Part shown: one piece after another, positions 33,660 through 45,100 of the stretch | Layout: each line of letters opens with the position of its first letter | Position numbering within the stretch: position 1 is the first letter of the stretch | Source: Selaginella moellendorffii | Lineage: Eukaryota; Plantae; Lycopodiophyta | DNA length: 64,000 bases | Reading direction: 5' to 3' | Assembly (NCBI RefSeq): GCF_000143415.4 | Contig: NW_003314297.1 | Coordinates: forward strand, 496,001 to 560,000 | Program-made: the position numbers and the translations under genes | Notes under the pieces: generated by a model | What the model was told of the DNA's origin: nothing | What the model saw: the letters and a program-made list of their open reading frames with translations, nothing else | The model's database searches: none

Positions 33660-34919
33660 CTGGCTATATTGTAGGGATAGGGCTAGGATCACATAATTAG
33701 GGTTGGATCTGTCTAGCTGAGGCTACCATGATTGTCAGCCATCAAGGAGTTGGCATAGGTACAATCTTTTGTGAGTTTTGAAATGTTGTGGATTTTGTCG
33801 AGGTGGATCATGGTTCTCAGACCTTCTTGGATAGTTAGGTGGATATAGATGCTTTCTATATTGTGATGCATTGACAAGTTCACAAGAAGGAAATGCTTCA
33901 ATTGATCAAAGCACAAACAAATGTGGCATACAATGAACAAATTCCTCACATCACTATTCCTTTTTAAACTCTAGAGCCCAAGTAGTAGCCTCTTTTGATG
34001 ATTTCAAGTGTTGAAGATCCATATATTCCATAGACAAAGCTATCTCATGCTTTGTGAGAACACCAACTGTACTCCCAAATTGAGGATTTAAACCTGATAA
34101 AACCAAGCCTTGATCTTCTTCAACTTTTTAGCTTGCTTTATAGATGTTGGATTAACTTGCCAGTGTCACCAACAAGCCACCTTTTTTCCAGCATATTTGG
34201 CAAGAGCTCCAACATCTAAATGTGCACATTATTGATGAGATAAGGGAGGTTGATTCTAGAGCATTATTTTGCATGGCCAAGGTTGGACTCCATGTGATTC
34301 AAAATACCATTATTTACTCTAGCTCTGAAAACACCATCATTTTGGCACATATACATTAGAAGCCCAACTTACTAACAGTCACAAAGACATTCAAGACTTT
34401 TACCTAGTATCAAGTGTTGCCAGCAGGTTTTCCATACAAACTTTAAGTCACTATAAAGGGAGTTCAAACCTTTCTAGATTTCCTGGTCATCAACCTTTTA
34501 GGAGGATGTGACACTATAGCTCAAACCTTCATCACGCTTAGCTAGAGAAAGTCCATATTCACATATATTAGGACATTAGAGTAATAGAGATTTTTATTGA
34601 CAACATGTGGGGAAACTCTATAATGTTGCTAAAAGCTATTGTCTATATGAATCTCCAGTTGAGCTAGTGAAAGTTTATCAATTATAACCAAGTTTTACCT
34701 AACAATGATCATGAGTTTTATATGAACCAACTTCAATACCAAAGAAGAAATCATGGTACAACCCACAATATCCTTCTCAACATATCAGAAAGTTAAACTT
34801 CATAATACCAAAGCTAATGAAGAGTATATTTACATCAATCCAAAAGCCAAGCACAATGAAGCTATACTCAATAAGTGATCACTAAACAATCTTCCATGAA
34901 TTCATCTATCTTTTGCAAT

Positions 34920-35157
34920 TGTAATGCATATAATCATAGGATGAGATTTAGATATACTAATACTGTGGATCTTTGGAATCTTAGGGATAAATGGGGATAA
35001 AATAGCCATTAAGGGCTCTATTATCAAACAATTGCCCCTTTTCCAGTTGGATTAAGGGGAGAAAAATAGAGTGCACTACATGTGGTATCAGAGTAAATGA
35101 CACGGGTTTGATTCCCATTTATTAGTGGCTACCTAAAATATAATATACACTTGAGTA
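34920..35157 (+). mobile_element. Truncated TRIM copy (LTR + PBS + start of interior)
   Basis: LTR 34920-35080 homologous to 23860-24022; PBS TGGTATCAGAGT. Confidence 0.8.
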
Positions 35158-35196
35158 AAATTAGCAATGCTCATTGGTAAACTTCTCTATTATATC

Positions 35197-36556
35197 CTAA
35201 GCTGCTTGCAAATTCCGTTTACACACCACTAGAATCTCATCAAATTCTGTGGCCAAATCAATCACCTCAGAATCAAGTTTATCTTGAACGTCCTTACTCA
35301 AATGCAATCCCAACTCCACCGCTGTTCGGGAATGCTTTCCAAACATGGCAAAGTAAGGACTTAGCTTGGTTCCATTGTGTTGGCTATTGTTGTAAGCAAA
35401 TTGCACCAACAAAAGATATAAATCCCACTGTCCTTGCCTTTGACCAATGCTACAAGTCACGAATAAATAGCAAGTAACTCGAAGGTGTTTTTCCATTACG
35501 ACAAGCCCACTTCAAAGATGTAGCAGAGAGTATAACAATTGATGGTTGAATGCTCTCACCAAACCACACATCTTTAATGCCACCATACTCCAGTGAGACA
35601 CACTTAATACTCCACTTTATCTCTAGATCCACTTTCACCAACCATGGCATCCCAAGAATGAGATCCACACAATGGATATCTGCGAAATAAAAAGTCTCCA
35701 CAAGTGTGGTTTTGCCAACCAACACTTCCAACCCCTTGACACAAGCATCGAAATGTTGAGCAGAGGTAGCTGCACCTTCCACCGTGTATGGAAGAATTCC
35801 ATATGTGACCAGGCCATGCTCCGCAACAAACTTCGCCGAAACAAAGTTGTCATCGCTCCCACTATCCAGTAAAATCTACATTGGATCGCCACGGAACACG
35901 CCCTCTAGCATTAAAGCTGATTCACAAGTATCCTCGAGCTCCATCTTGTTCCACACACAGTTGAGCTAACGAGCAACGATCTAAAGTCTCTTCCTCTGAT
36001 CGGAATAGTCGTTCTCGTCATCCTCACGCTACAAAGTTTGCAACTTTTTAATATCTGACTTACCGTGAGTAAAAGATTAGCCATTCTTCTTGTCCTACTG
36101 CTTGTTCTTCAACTGCAAACAATTAGCCTTATAGTGTCCAAGTTCACTGCAATGATTCCATCATGCCATACATCTCATTTTGCATCTCTTGCTGATTTCA
36201 ATTAAGGGCTCACAACTCATGAACCAAATCTTGAATGGTCCAAATCTCTGTAGCTTTGTTTGCACCATCGTTGGCATCACTATCGACAATAGAATTCCAA
36301 TGTTCAACTTGGTCAGCCATCGCAACCAACTTCTATAATACCAATGGTATGATCTGGCACAAAAAGATAGAGATTTAGTCACCCTAGACTATGCTACGCC
36401 ACCTCTTGAAATTCCTCACCACCCAACCACCCTCAAGCTACCTCAAAAGCTCCATTGCGCCACTGGGTTTTTGTCCCCTACCCTAACATGCCTTAATATA
36501 CCCTTGAGCCTCCCTTTGACCGACGTTGACCATGTGGTCAAAGCTGGCACCTAACA
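35197..36556 (-). mobile_element. Internally deleted family A derivative in inverted orientation
   Basis: LTR 36345-36556 and PBS; protease region homologous to 27860-28556 is fused at ~35455 to the integrase tail homologous to 46350-46610. Confidence 0.85.
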
Positions 36557-38173
36557 CACAAGATATGCACATTATTGATACAGCCTCCTCTTCTAATCCA
36601 GATGTATTTTATGCACCCATAGACTTTGGCAATGGTTCTCTTGGCAATGGTTAATTTTCTTCTTCATCTTGTACTTCTTTTTTTAGACATTTGGTGCAAC
36701 AATTCAACATGACTTCTATAGCTTGGTCATGGATTCTCTTTGTGTTGGAGTCCACTCGATCCCCCATGGTCACCTATCAGGACATGGAGTGTAGCTTAAA
36801 GCACTAAGAATATTCTAATTCTTGGAATATTCCCCTCTCTTTCCCGTGCAAGGAGGGCATTTAGGGCAATTGGAAAGAACTTGACTTTGTGATAGAGTCA
36901 GAAATGTTACAAGATAACCCTCATCTCCTAACACTTATTAAGGAGGTGGCAAATACAGAAATAAGGAAAGCCAAACAGAAGGATTTTGGATGGAGCTAGA
37001 GATTCCCACAAAGTAATAAGTAAAAAGAATCCTCTTTTTCAACTCAATTGGAAGTGGTAGAGAAGGTTCCAGGAGGTGTTAGTGGGTCAACTTTAAAATT
37101 TATTAGTAAGTGTCTAGAATGGAACATTACATTTCTTGTAGAAGAAATATTTGCAAACCTGGCCACAGTAGAGAGTTTTCATGTTTTCCATCTTCCTCAA
37201 TTCAAACTTTGAGAAGACAATGTCTATATTACCATATGCAATTCTTTTTATAGGATTAGGGATCTCAAAGTGTAGAATTATGATATAAATAGTTATGTGA
37301 GATCCACCTTCTTTTGGCTTTGCAATGGCAACATCATACACGTCTTTTTCAAGTCTACCGAGGATCTGGCTTCTTCAAATCCTTTGTTTGCTTTACCAGA
37401 GGCTGAACAGGCTACGTCATACCACTTGGACCCAGTGACCACCACACAACTTGTGAGAATTTGAACTGGGCTGTGCATCCAGGGCCCATGATCAAGAAGA
37501 GGAACAGATACGTGGATGTCATTGAAGTGTGTATGGAAGAGGCGAAACTGTAGCAATTGCGTCTGAAATAAATAGTTGGCTCTTGGAAAGTTGATTTGGG
37601 CCTGCCACAACCACATGCATGACTTTATTCAAATGGAGTCTATAATCACATGACAATAGGACAGGAGCCGCACAACTCCATGTTCCACTTGCTCTCATGG
37701 TCCACATAAATGCCTTTTAACTTCTATTCAAGAATGGAGCTGACCAGAGAAGATGATGTTGCTCTTCATGAACAAGGGTCCTCCCCTCTCCATGGCATCC
37801 TGCCTTGACTGAAAGATGAGCCGTGGCTGCTCTTCTTCAAAACCCGACTATGGCAACCCCGTTGAGAGAAGAGACGCTCCACACAGTCTGAAACCACAAG
37901 TGGAAGAAAGCTATATCCACTGTCAATAGATTAAGTGTGCCATCTGTTGGGGCACCCAGCTCCAGGGCTTGGACACCAAGTTCCAGGCACCTCAGCTCTT
38001 ACCCGATCTCCAGTGAAACATGCAGCATAAGCAGAAACATCAATGTTCTTGCCACTTCCATCACCATCAGATCTTCAGCCTCACGTCTACACAAGCTGCT
38101 GCGTCGATATGTATAGTATGGAAATGCAAGACCAGAAAAGAAAGCAGAAAACGGTTGTCACTGGTATAATACC

Positions 38174-38590
38174 TTAGAGCATCCTCCACTTTAAGCTTCT
38201 TTCATCTTGGTTTCCCCTACCTGCACGAATCAATCTGAGAAGACTTTGCTACGAAAACAAAGGAATAACATCATGCCTACAGTCATATCTGCAACTCCAC
38301 TGGACAATTTGGCAATTCGTCATTCAGGTTCCAAATTACAAAAGTTTAAGAAAATGGCACTTCCATCAAGTTGCAAATTTGAGTGGCCCGCTTTGAGACG
38401 GCTTCTTGGTGATTCCATTTCCAACAATTGTCGTTGAATCCTTCCCAAGGACTTCATGGCCAGCTTTATCAAAAGACAGCCCAAATTTTCATGATGTACA
38501 ATCCATAAGCAAAGGAAAAATAGAGAACTCTACTTACCTCCAGTGAGGATGGCAATATCGTCGTGCTTCTTGCGATCTCCTCCAAGATTC
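38174..38590 (-). pseudogene. Chaperonin-60 (plastid cpn60-beta-like) gene fragment with introns
   Basis: Spliced, frameshifted pieces DRKKHDDIAILTG / AGHEVLG-KDSTTIVGNG / AVSKRATQICNLME / RIAKLSSGVA / VGETKMKE..LKVEDAL follow the GroEL order DIAILTG...TIVGDG...ERIAKLSGGVA...KLRVEDAL. Confidence 0.75.
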
Positions 38591-39323
38591 TCGGCTATAA
38601 AATGTAGTCAAATCTGAGACAAAACGAAAAAATAAAGAATCCTCTAACCGAAATCCTGCCTTAGCATGCGCACTGCTACCTGCCAGAACGATCCTGCGCG
38701 AATGAGCAAGCAACGCCATGATTGCTCCCTGGCTCGGCATAGAGATCTGCCGCTCCAAAGCCCTAGCCAATGGCGTCGTGCTCGGCAAGCTGCCATAGCA
38801 TCTCCAAAATCTGCTCTGAGCTCCGTGAGCAAGAATCACTAAAACTTGTATAAACTCACAAGAAAATGTCCGTATAGTTAATCTTCTAGCACAAGTGCAA
38901 TTTCAATAGCTGATTGTTCTCCACACAGTGGTTTAAACTGGCACCTCCCAAACTCAAGTCTGCTGGAGGCTGAAACTGTACGAACATGACTCCAGATAAG
39001 TACTATCAGCCCAGCGATGGTCTCGAGCATCTTGATGGTCTGCAAGTCTACATGGTAAAGATGAACTCTCACTCGCAAGATCTATATATAGTCACAAAAA
39101 GCTGGGATCACTTGTGCTTCAAGTACATGTGGACATGGAGAAGTTTCACATCAAAGATGTACATGTAGTAGTTACAAAGTCTTCCAAATGCAATGTGAGT
39201 GCAACTAACAAGAACAACTTCAGCTTGGCAGTGCTTTTATTGCATACAGTGCATTACAACCATTATTAATAACGTCCAATCCAGCACCAAGCTTGCTGCC
39301 CAGGGCATACAATACCCTTTAGC

Positions 39324-39612
39324 TCAAGAGCACACGCCTAGGCCAGAACTGCCAAGCGGGACACAAATTTGCGAACAGCACTGAGAAGTGCTAGGATTAC
39401 AAACAGTTCCAGAAGGTATGCAGGCGTTTACATGGTCCTGAGACTCCCCTGCAAAAACATGACTCACACAGTGAATCGTGAAATTCTGAACAGTAGAGCA
39501 CTGAAGTGTATACCATCATTGAGAGTGAGGAACGTCTCTGGGCGGAATGACTCCACAGCCACAAGTGCAACAACCAAGAGCACTACACTGCCTTACCCTT
39601 TGCCATTGCCAT
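39324..39612 (-). pseudogene. Two-exon secreted knottin (inhibitor cystine knot) peptide gene with a frameshift just after the ATG
   Basis: Exon 1 (39612-39514): MAMAK..[frameshift]..SVVLLVVALVAVESFRPETFLTLND. 65-nt GT-AG intron. Exon 2 (39448-39324): GESQDHVNACIPSGTVCNPSTSQCCSQICVPLGSSGLGVCS-stop, spacing C-6-C-6-CC-3-C-10-C. TATATAA ~50 nt upstream. Confidence 0.8.
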
Positions 39613-40732
39613 TGCAATGAACTTATCTCCTGAACGTGAGAATGTGGAAGGGATGTTGTTCCTTATATATGAGTTTGTGTTGAAAACAAACAGGAAAGAC
39701 TCGCTCTCACTTTAAAAACTGTGGTCCTTGCTATAGCACCACCTCAACCTCTGCAGGGCCAGCTATCCGCACGTTTTTATAGTTACCAGCAAAACATGAT
39801 TCTGTCATTTTGGCATTGCAATACTTTTACATGTGGTTTACTGGTTCCTAGACTAAAGTTGATGAAAGAGCTTCAAAGTAGAAGTTGTTTAAACTAACCA
39901 AATATGGCCAGAATTACATGCTCCTTCAATTATCAACCAATGAAGTACAATGTGATGTGATAAAAAAGCTTCATTTGAACAACTCAATCTCACCCACCTA
40001 TTCAATCGTTTTGCCTGCTCTGACAACTTTTCCTTTCAACCAAGTTCACTGATTGAGTTAGAAGATATTGTGAAATTGTCATTACAACTGCCCAATCTGA
40101 GCCAGCCATTCTTTGTATAGGATAAGATGTTGGGATTGCTCATTGGCCACGCACATCCCGGATTGGGTGGTTGTAATGAAGCCAACATGGAATAAGATCC
40201 TCTAATCAATTAGTGTACTGCAACTTTATATGTCAGAGAATGGGAGGGTGAAACAGTTCTAGATTTACCTCTTTGATGCAAAAGATCTTCTTCTCCTTGT
40301 TAGACTTGTTACCAAGATCACTTTGGATGTTGCTAGTGTACAACAGTGACAATAAATCAGAAACCTGGATGCCAAAGGAGTGTTCTGTGATTTATACATT
40401 CAAATTTGAGAAGAAATCATTTATACAAGTACTATATAATTTAAAACAAATTTTAAGTGCTGTATTAAATGAATGATTAATTGGCAGATAACATATTAAA
40501 TAATTTTCTGTGCATTTCAATATCCCTCATATGAATAGTATCAGTATTTCTTATTAATTATTAATTAAATTGATAAATTAGGAGTTTATAAATATCAAAA
40601 TGTTTAATTAATAGACACAAGATTAATCAAAATGAATAACAGGTAGAATATTCTAGATATTTTTTAGGTATATCCAGTACCACCTACTATAAACCAAAAA
40701 TATATGGATTTAAATAATTAATAATTTGCATT

Positions 40733-41730
40733 TGTGAGGTTGTATACTAATATTAGTATAGTGGGATTTTGGTAACTGTCAAATTGGTTTCAATCCATAC
40801 CATTCATTCCTATATATAAGCTAAAGTTTTTAAGCTAATTCATATACACATTTCTTTCCATATTCCATCTAAGTTGTGTAAGTCTTTATTGCAAGAGATG
40901 TGACGTGACGTTATCCAATATGTGTGTAGCTGTGTTTGGTACTAAGTTATTAATACTCCCCTTTGTGCTGCAGAAGGACAGTTGAAGTTAATTACAGTTT
41001 CTCGTCCGTTTGAGTTGGTGGCATTTGATTTGATAAGACGTTTTCCACAATCGACTGTTGGCAATGAGTATGTCATTATTGCTTCTGACTACTTGACTTG
41101 CTAGGTGGAAGTCGGTGCTCTTATTAGCATGTCTGCAAGTATTGTTGGATACTTCCTCCTCAATCGAGTGGTGTTTCAACATTTTTGTCCGGAGTAATTC
41201 TTTTAGATAATAGTCCCATATTTATAGCTGAGGCATTTCACATTTTAACATTTCGGTTGGGGATACACCACACTCTCACAAGTAGTTAGACATTTTGATA
41301 GAATGGCTCATTTGGACTTTTAAAAGGATAATTGCAAAGTATATGAACTTTTAGCATTTGGATTGAGATGGTTATTTGCCATCTATTTGATATACATATG
41401 TCACAATGGTGCAGAGTTTTGTTAATGCTTCACCATATAAATTTTTATATGGTCATAATTCAATACTACCATTACCTTCACGATTGACGTAGGTTGTTGA
41501 TACTATGTCGTGGGATCAGTATTTGACGAACATTCTTCCACTTGTTTGAGCAGAGTCTACTGAACAATTGGGCCACATACAAGTGGGACAACAATAGCAC
41601 TACAACTCCCATCATTGTCCACTTGCGGAGTATAAAGTGGATGATTTAGTGTTAGTCTGATTTCCCTATCTTACGGTATGTGGTTTATCTAAGGGGCTGC
41701 TTGCTCAGTAAAAAGGTCCATATTAGGTGT
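40733..41730 (+). mobile_element. Family D LTR remnant plus integrase fragment
   Basis: LTR-like 40733-40870 homologous to 53670-53845; integrase remnant (PFELVAFDL) homologous to the reverse complement of ~58110-58900. Confidence 0.75.
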
Positions 41731-41735
41731 TGTAG

Positions 41736-42293
41736 TGTAGTGCACCCTATTTTTCTCCCCTTAAGCCAATTAAAAAGGGGCAATTGCTTGATGAGAGAGC
41801 TTTTAATGATTATTTTATCCCCATTTATCCCTCAAAGCCACTAAGGGCTCTCTCATCAAGTAATTGCCAATTTTCTAATTGGCTTAAGGGGAGACAAATA
41901 GGGTGTGCTACATGTGTTATTAGAGCAAATGACACAAGTTTGATTTTTATTGATTAGTGGCTACTTAAAATATAATATACATTTGAGCAAGGTATATTCC
42001 TACCCCTAAAATTTGAAATCGTATGTATTAGGCATCCATACATATGTCCTTCTTCTTGTAGAGCATCCTAGACAAAAGTATCCACCGTGGGACTGCGGTA
42101 CGGATGGATGACTAGTTGCCTCACGTAAAATAGCTAATCTACAGAATAGAAAGATTGGTAAATTCAATGTGGAAATGGAGGTGCTAGTTCCCCTTGGCTT
42201 AGTAGGGGTTGTTAGTCAATAGTCAATAAGGACATTAACATCTCTAAAGGGGGGGGGGTGAGTGTAATGCATGTAATCATAGGATAAGATTAG
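41736..42293. mobile_element. Rearranged TRIM copy with an inverted LTR duplication
   Basis: Inverted LTR piece 41736-41835, forward LTR piece 41836-41912, PBS-like sequence, full interior, PPT, truncated 3' LTR from 42263. Confidence 0.8.
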
Positions 42294-42379
42294 TCTATTG
42301 GTTCAAGTAGTTATTCCCGTGCTTTCTCATAAACTTTTCTTGGATTGGACTAAAGGTAGTGCGAACGCAAGCTTGAGGT

Positions 42380-42960
42380 TTGGATGAGACCAAAAAGAGA
42401 GTCATCAAGGACAAAGAATCAAACACGTAAATCATTTTTCTCTTCTTGGAGAGATGATTTGCAATGAGTGTTAACTCATTGCTCGTGTTCATATTATGCA
42501 ATCAAAAGTCTCTACCTTGATGCATGTTGGAAATGATGGTTTTACAAATGGTGAGTTGTGGAATGGATAGTGGTGAAATGCTATACCATTTTGTCTAGGC
42601 TTGCTATTGAAGATTTGGGTTGCAATGCTCAATTCTTTTCCGGGAAAACTTGCTATTACTCCTTGAGTAGCTTAGTGTTGGATTTGTTTTGAGTTTGGTT
42701 AGAAAGAGAGTGGTATGAACTTGTCTGTGTTATGAACAAAAGTTGGTGGTATTGGGTGTTGTAGGTCTCTATTGGTGGGGTGTAATATTTATGTAGCATT
42801 TTGTCGAATTGAGTTAACACTTGATAGACACATAAACTTTTGTAGTAGTGACATAAGCATTACTCATAGTGTTGCTCAATTGATGATCAAGTCATTGTGA
42901 TTTCCATATCATATCCATGTGATTGTGAATAATGTGTTTACGAAGTTGTTTGATTAAATG
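42380..42960 (-). pseudogene. Possible Ulp1/C48-peptidase relic of DNA-transposon type
   Basis: Minus-strand LTLIANHLSKKRKMIYVFDSL resembles the Ulp1 H-W-x-L...IYxFDSL strand. Heavily decayed. Confidence 0.3.
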
Positions 42961-43266
42961 ATGATCAACCCCAAAGTGGTTGATAGTGATGATACTCTAC
43001 TTGCACGAAGTAGCATTGTAGTAGCTTTGACTGGATTTTCGATGGTGGACCATTATGCTAAGCTTAAATTGGTACTTTGTTTCTTTAAGTTTGCCCATTA
43101 AAGTGTTAGAAAGGGTTATAGCATTCACTTGCTATGGCTCATCAGTTTATTTATTAAGACTTGGAGTAAATTGTTAGATGGAGAAGGTGTGTAATTGAGG
43201 CATTGACATCATTAGCACTTGTGTTAATGGAAGTGGCATTGTTGATTCAAGTGATGAGGACGTGCT

Positions 43267-43338
43267 GCTCCGATACCAATGAAATGAACAAGAGAGCAAA
43301 CCCTAGGCCAACCTCCCAACCCTTAAGGCATTACGGCC
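43267..43338 (-). mobile_element. Partial family B LTR + PBS, inverted
   Basis: Reverse complement of ~30258-30329. Confidence 0.85.
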
Positions 43339-43439
43339 TGGATTCGGCCCGCATTTAGAAGTGGTCAGGAGCACCAGAGAGCACTCTCAAGAGGACTTCT
43401 CAACAGGTGCACATTGTCAACATGACAAGATATGGTGGA

Positions 43440-45098
43440 GGTCCTGGTCCATTTTTCGTCCCAATGCAGATTGGTACTTCCTCTTATAGGGTGGATGCTT
43501 TGGTTGACTCCGGTTCTGGAAGCAACATATCTCTCTTGAAGCTGCCCTTTCAGCATAGCTATAGATCGCTGAGAGCTCCTCCATCGTGCTCAAGACCTTC
43601 GCCAACCACACTGTTCCTCCAACGGGCATTTGCTATGGTGTCAAGGTCTTTGTGCAAGGTGTTATTTCGGAGGCAGATTTCCTTGTGGTTGACTACCAAC
43701 ATCTTGGAACATCCTCTTTGAAGGACTCTATCATCCTTGGCCGCTCATAGCAAGTCACAGCCCATTGCACCATTGACAGCACAAAAGGCAAGATGGAAAT
43801 TAGCGATGGAACCCATAGTGCCACCTTTCTCAACAACCACGGCAGAGCTCTTTCTTAGCAAGCCCAGCAGGCTCAGACTAAGATGGCCTCCACACCACAC
43901 TCCCTCATGAGCTCATAGAGGTTTTTCCTGAGTTGGCGGTGGAGTTGACCATCTATATGACAGATGCTTTCTCATGCAATGCGATTGACATGGTTGGAGG
44001 CGAGTCAGATAGCCCGAGACATCTCTCAGCTTCACTCTCTTTATTTGAGAGTAAGGCCGAGCCTCTAGACACACCCTCTTTATTTGATGGTGGGGCTTAT
44101 AAAGTACGGGCCCCTATATCCAACTTTTCGGAGTGTTTCTCGATAGAGGAAGGGCTCCTCGATTCATTTCTTGCATGGGACCAACTCTCTCTTCTGGAGC
44201 TCGATGACACAGTCACTTCAGACCAGGCCCATCTTTCACAGGACACAGCTGAACTCAATCCTCCTCAGCAACTGTCTGAGGTGTCACACAGCCCGCATCT
44301 TCCAACTAAAATCGCGATAGCTGACAACTCTAAGCATATTTTGTCATGCCGTTTCTTGGAGATAAAGGATGACATCCGGACACAAAACTGGCAGAAAGAA
44401 TCAAGCCAATTAGATGTGCTGCATGCGAGTTATAGCTCTTTGAGTTTAGAATTTCCTACCGTGGAGCTCCCGGTACAAGTCCAAGTGTATTACATTGAAA
44501 CTTTAGCACCAGACTTGGACTGGACTTCAGTAGAGGATCTCCCTTCACTTGCAGAGTACTTGGCTACAGTCCTTGCATTGGACATCGAGCGCTCAGAGCA
44601 TCAGAAGCAAAGAGAACAATAGACAAAAACTCAGGATCCAACAGCAGCATTCTTGCCTGACTTGCTAGAGATGGTCTTGCCAGATGTGGTATCCTTAGCA
44701 TCTTTATTTGAAGAAGAGGACACTCCTATGATTATAGCTTATTTTGACGGTGCTTTCTACACCAAAAACCAGGTTGCCGGCATTGGAGTTTGGATGATTG
44801 ATTCTATGGAGAACAAAGTAGCCGACCTCTCTATCACTTTGCCAGCAACATTAGCTAGTGAAGCAGAGTACTTGGCGGCTATCAGAGCCATGTGGTTGGC
44901 CACAGATCTCAAGTTTAGGTGAGTCACTTTCATTGGAGATGTGCAACTCATCATACGCCAACTTACTGGAGAATACCAAGTCCGCAAAGAGAACCTGAAA
45001 GAGCTATGGCAGCGGGTGGTCAACCTGAAGGACGAGTTCTCTCAGGTGACATTTCAAAGTGTCCCTCATGAAGAAAACTTTTGGGCGGACAAGTTATC
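43440..45098 (+). mobile_element. Tat-type Ty3/gypsy fragment: protease, spacer, additional (archaeal-type) RNase H
   Basis: VDALVDSGSGSNI, then IAYFDGAF...ASEAEYLAAI...FIGDVQLIIRQLTGEYQV...VPHEENFWADKLS. No RT between them. Confidence 0.7.
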
Positions 45099-45100
45099 AT

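Noticed and set aside
33665-34919. Possible transposase/Rep relic
   Set aside because: No motif could be recognised with confidence.
37293-37707. DUF3527- or PPR-like reading of minus-strand ORFs
   Set aside because: Resemblance too weak and frame-dependent; left unassigned.
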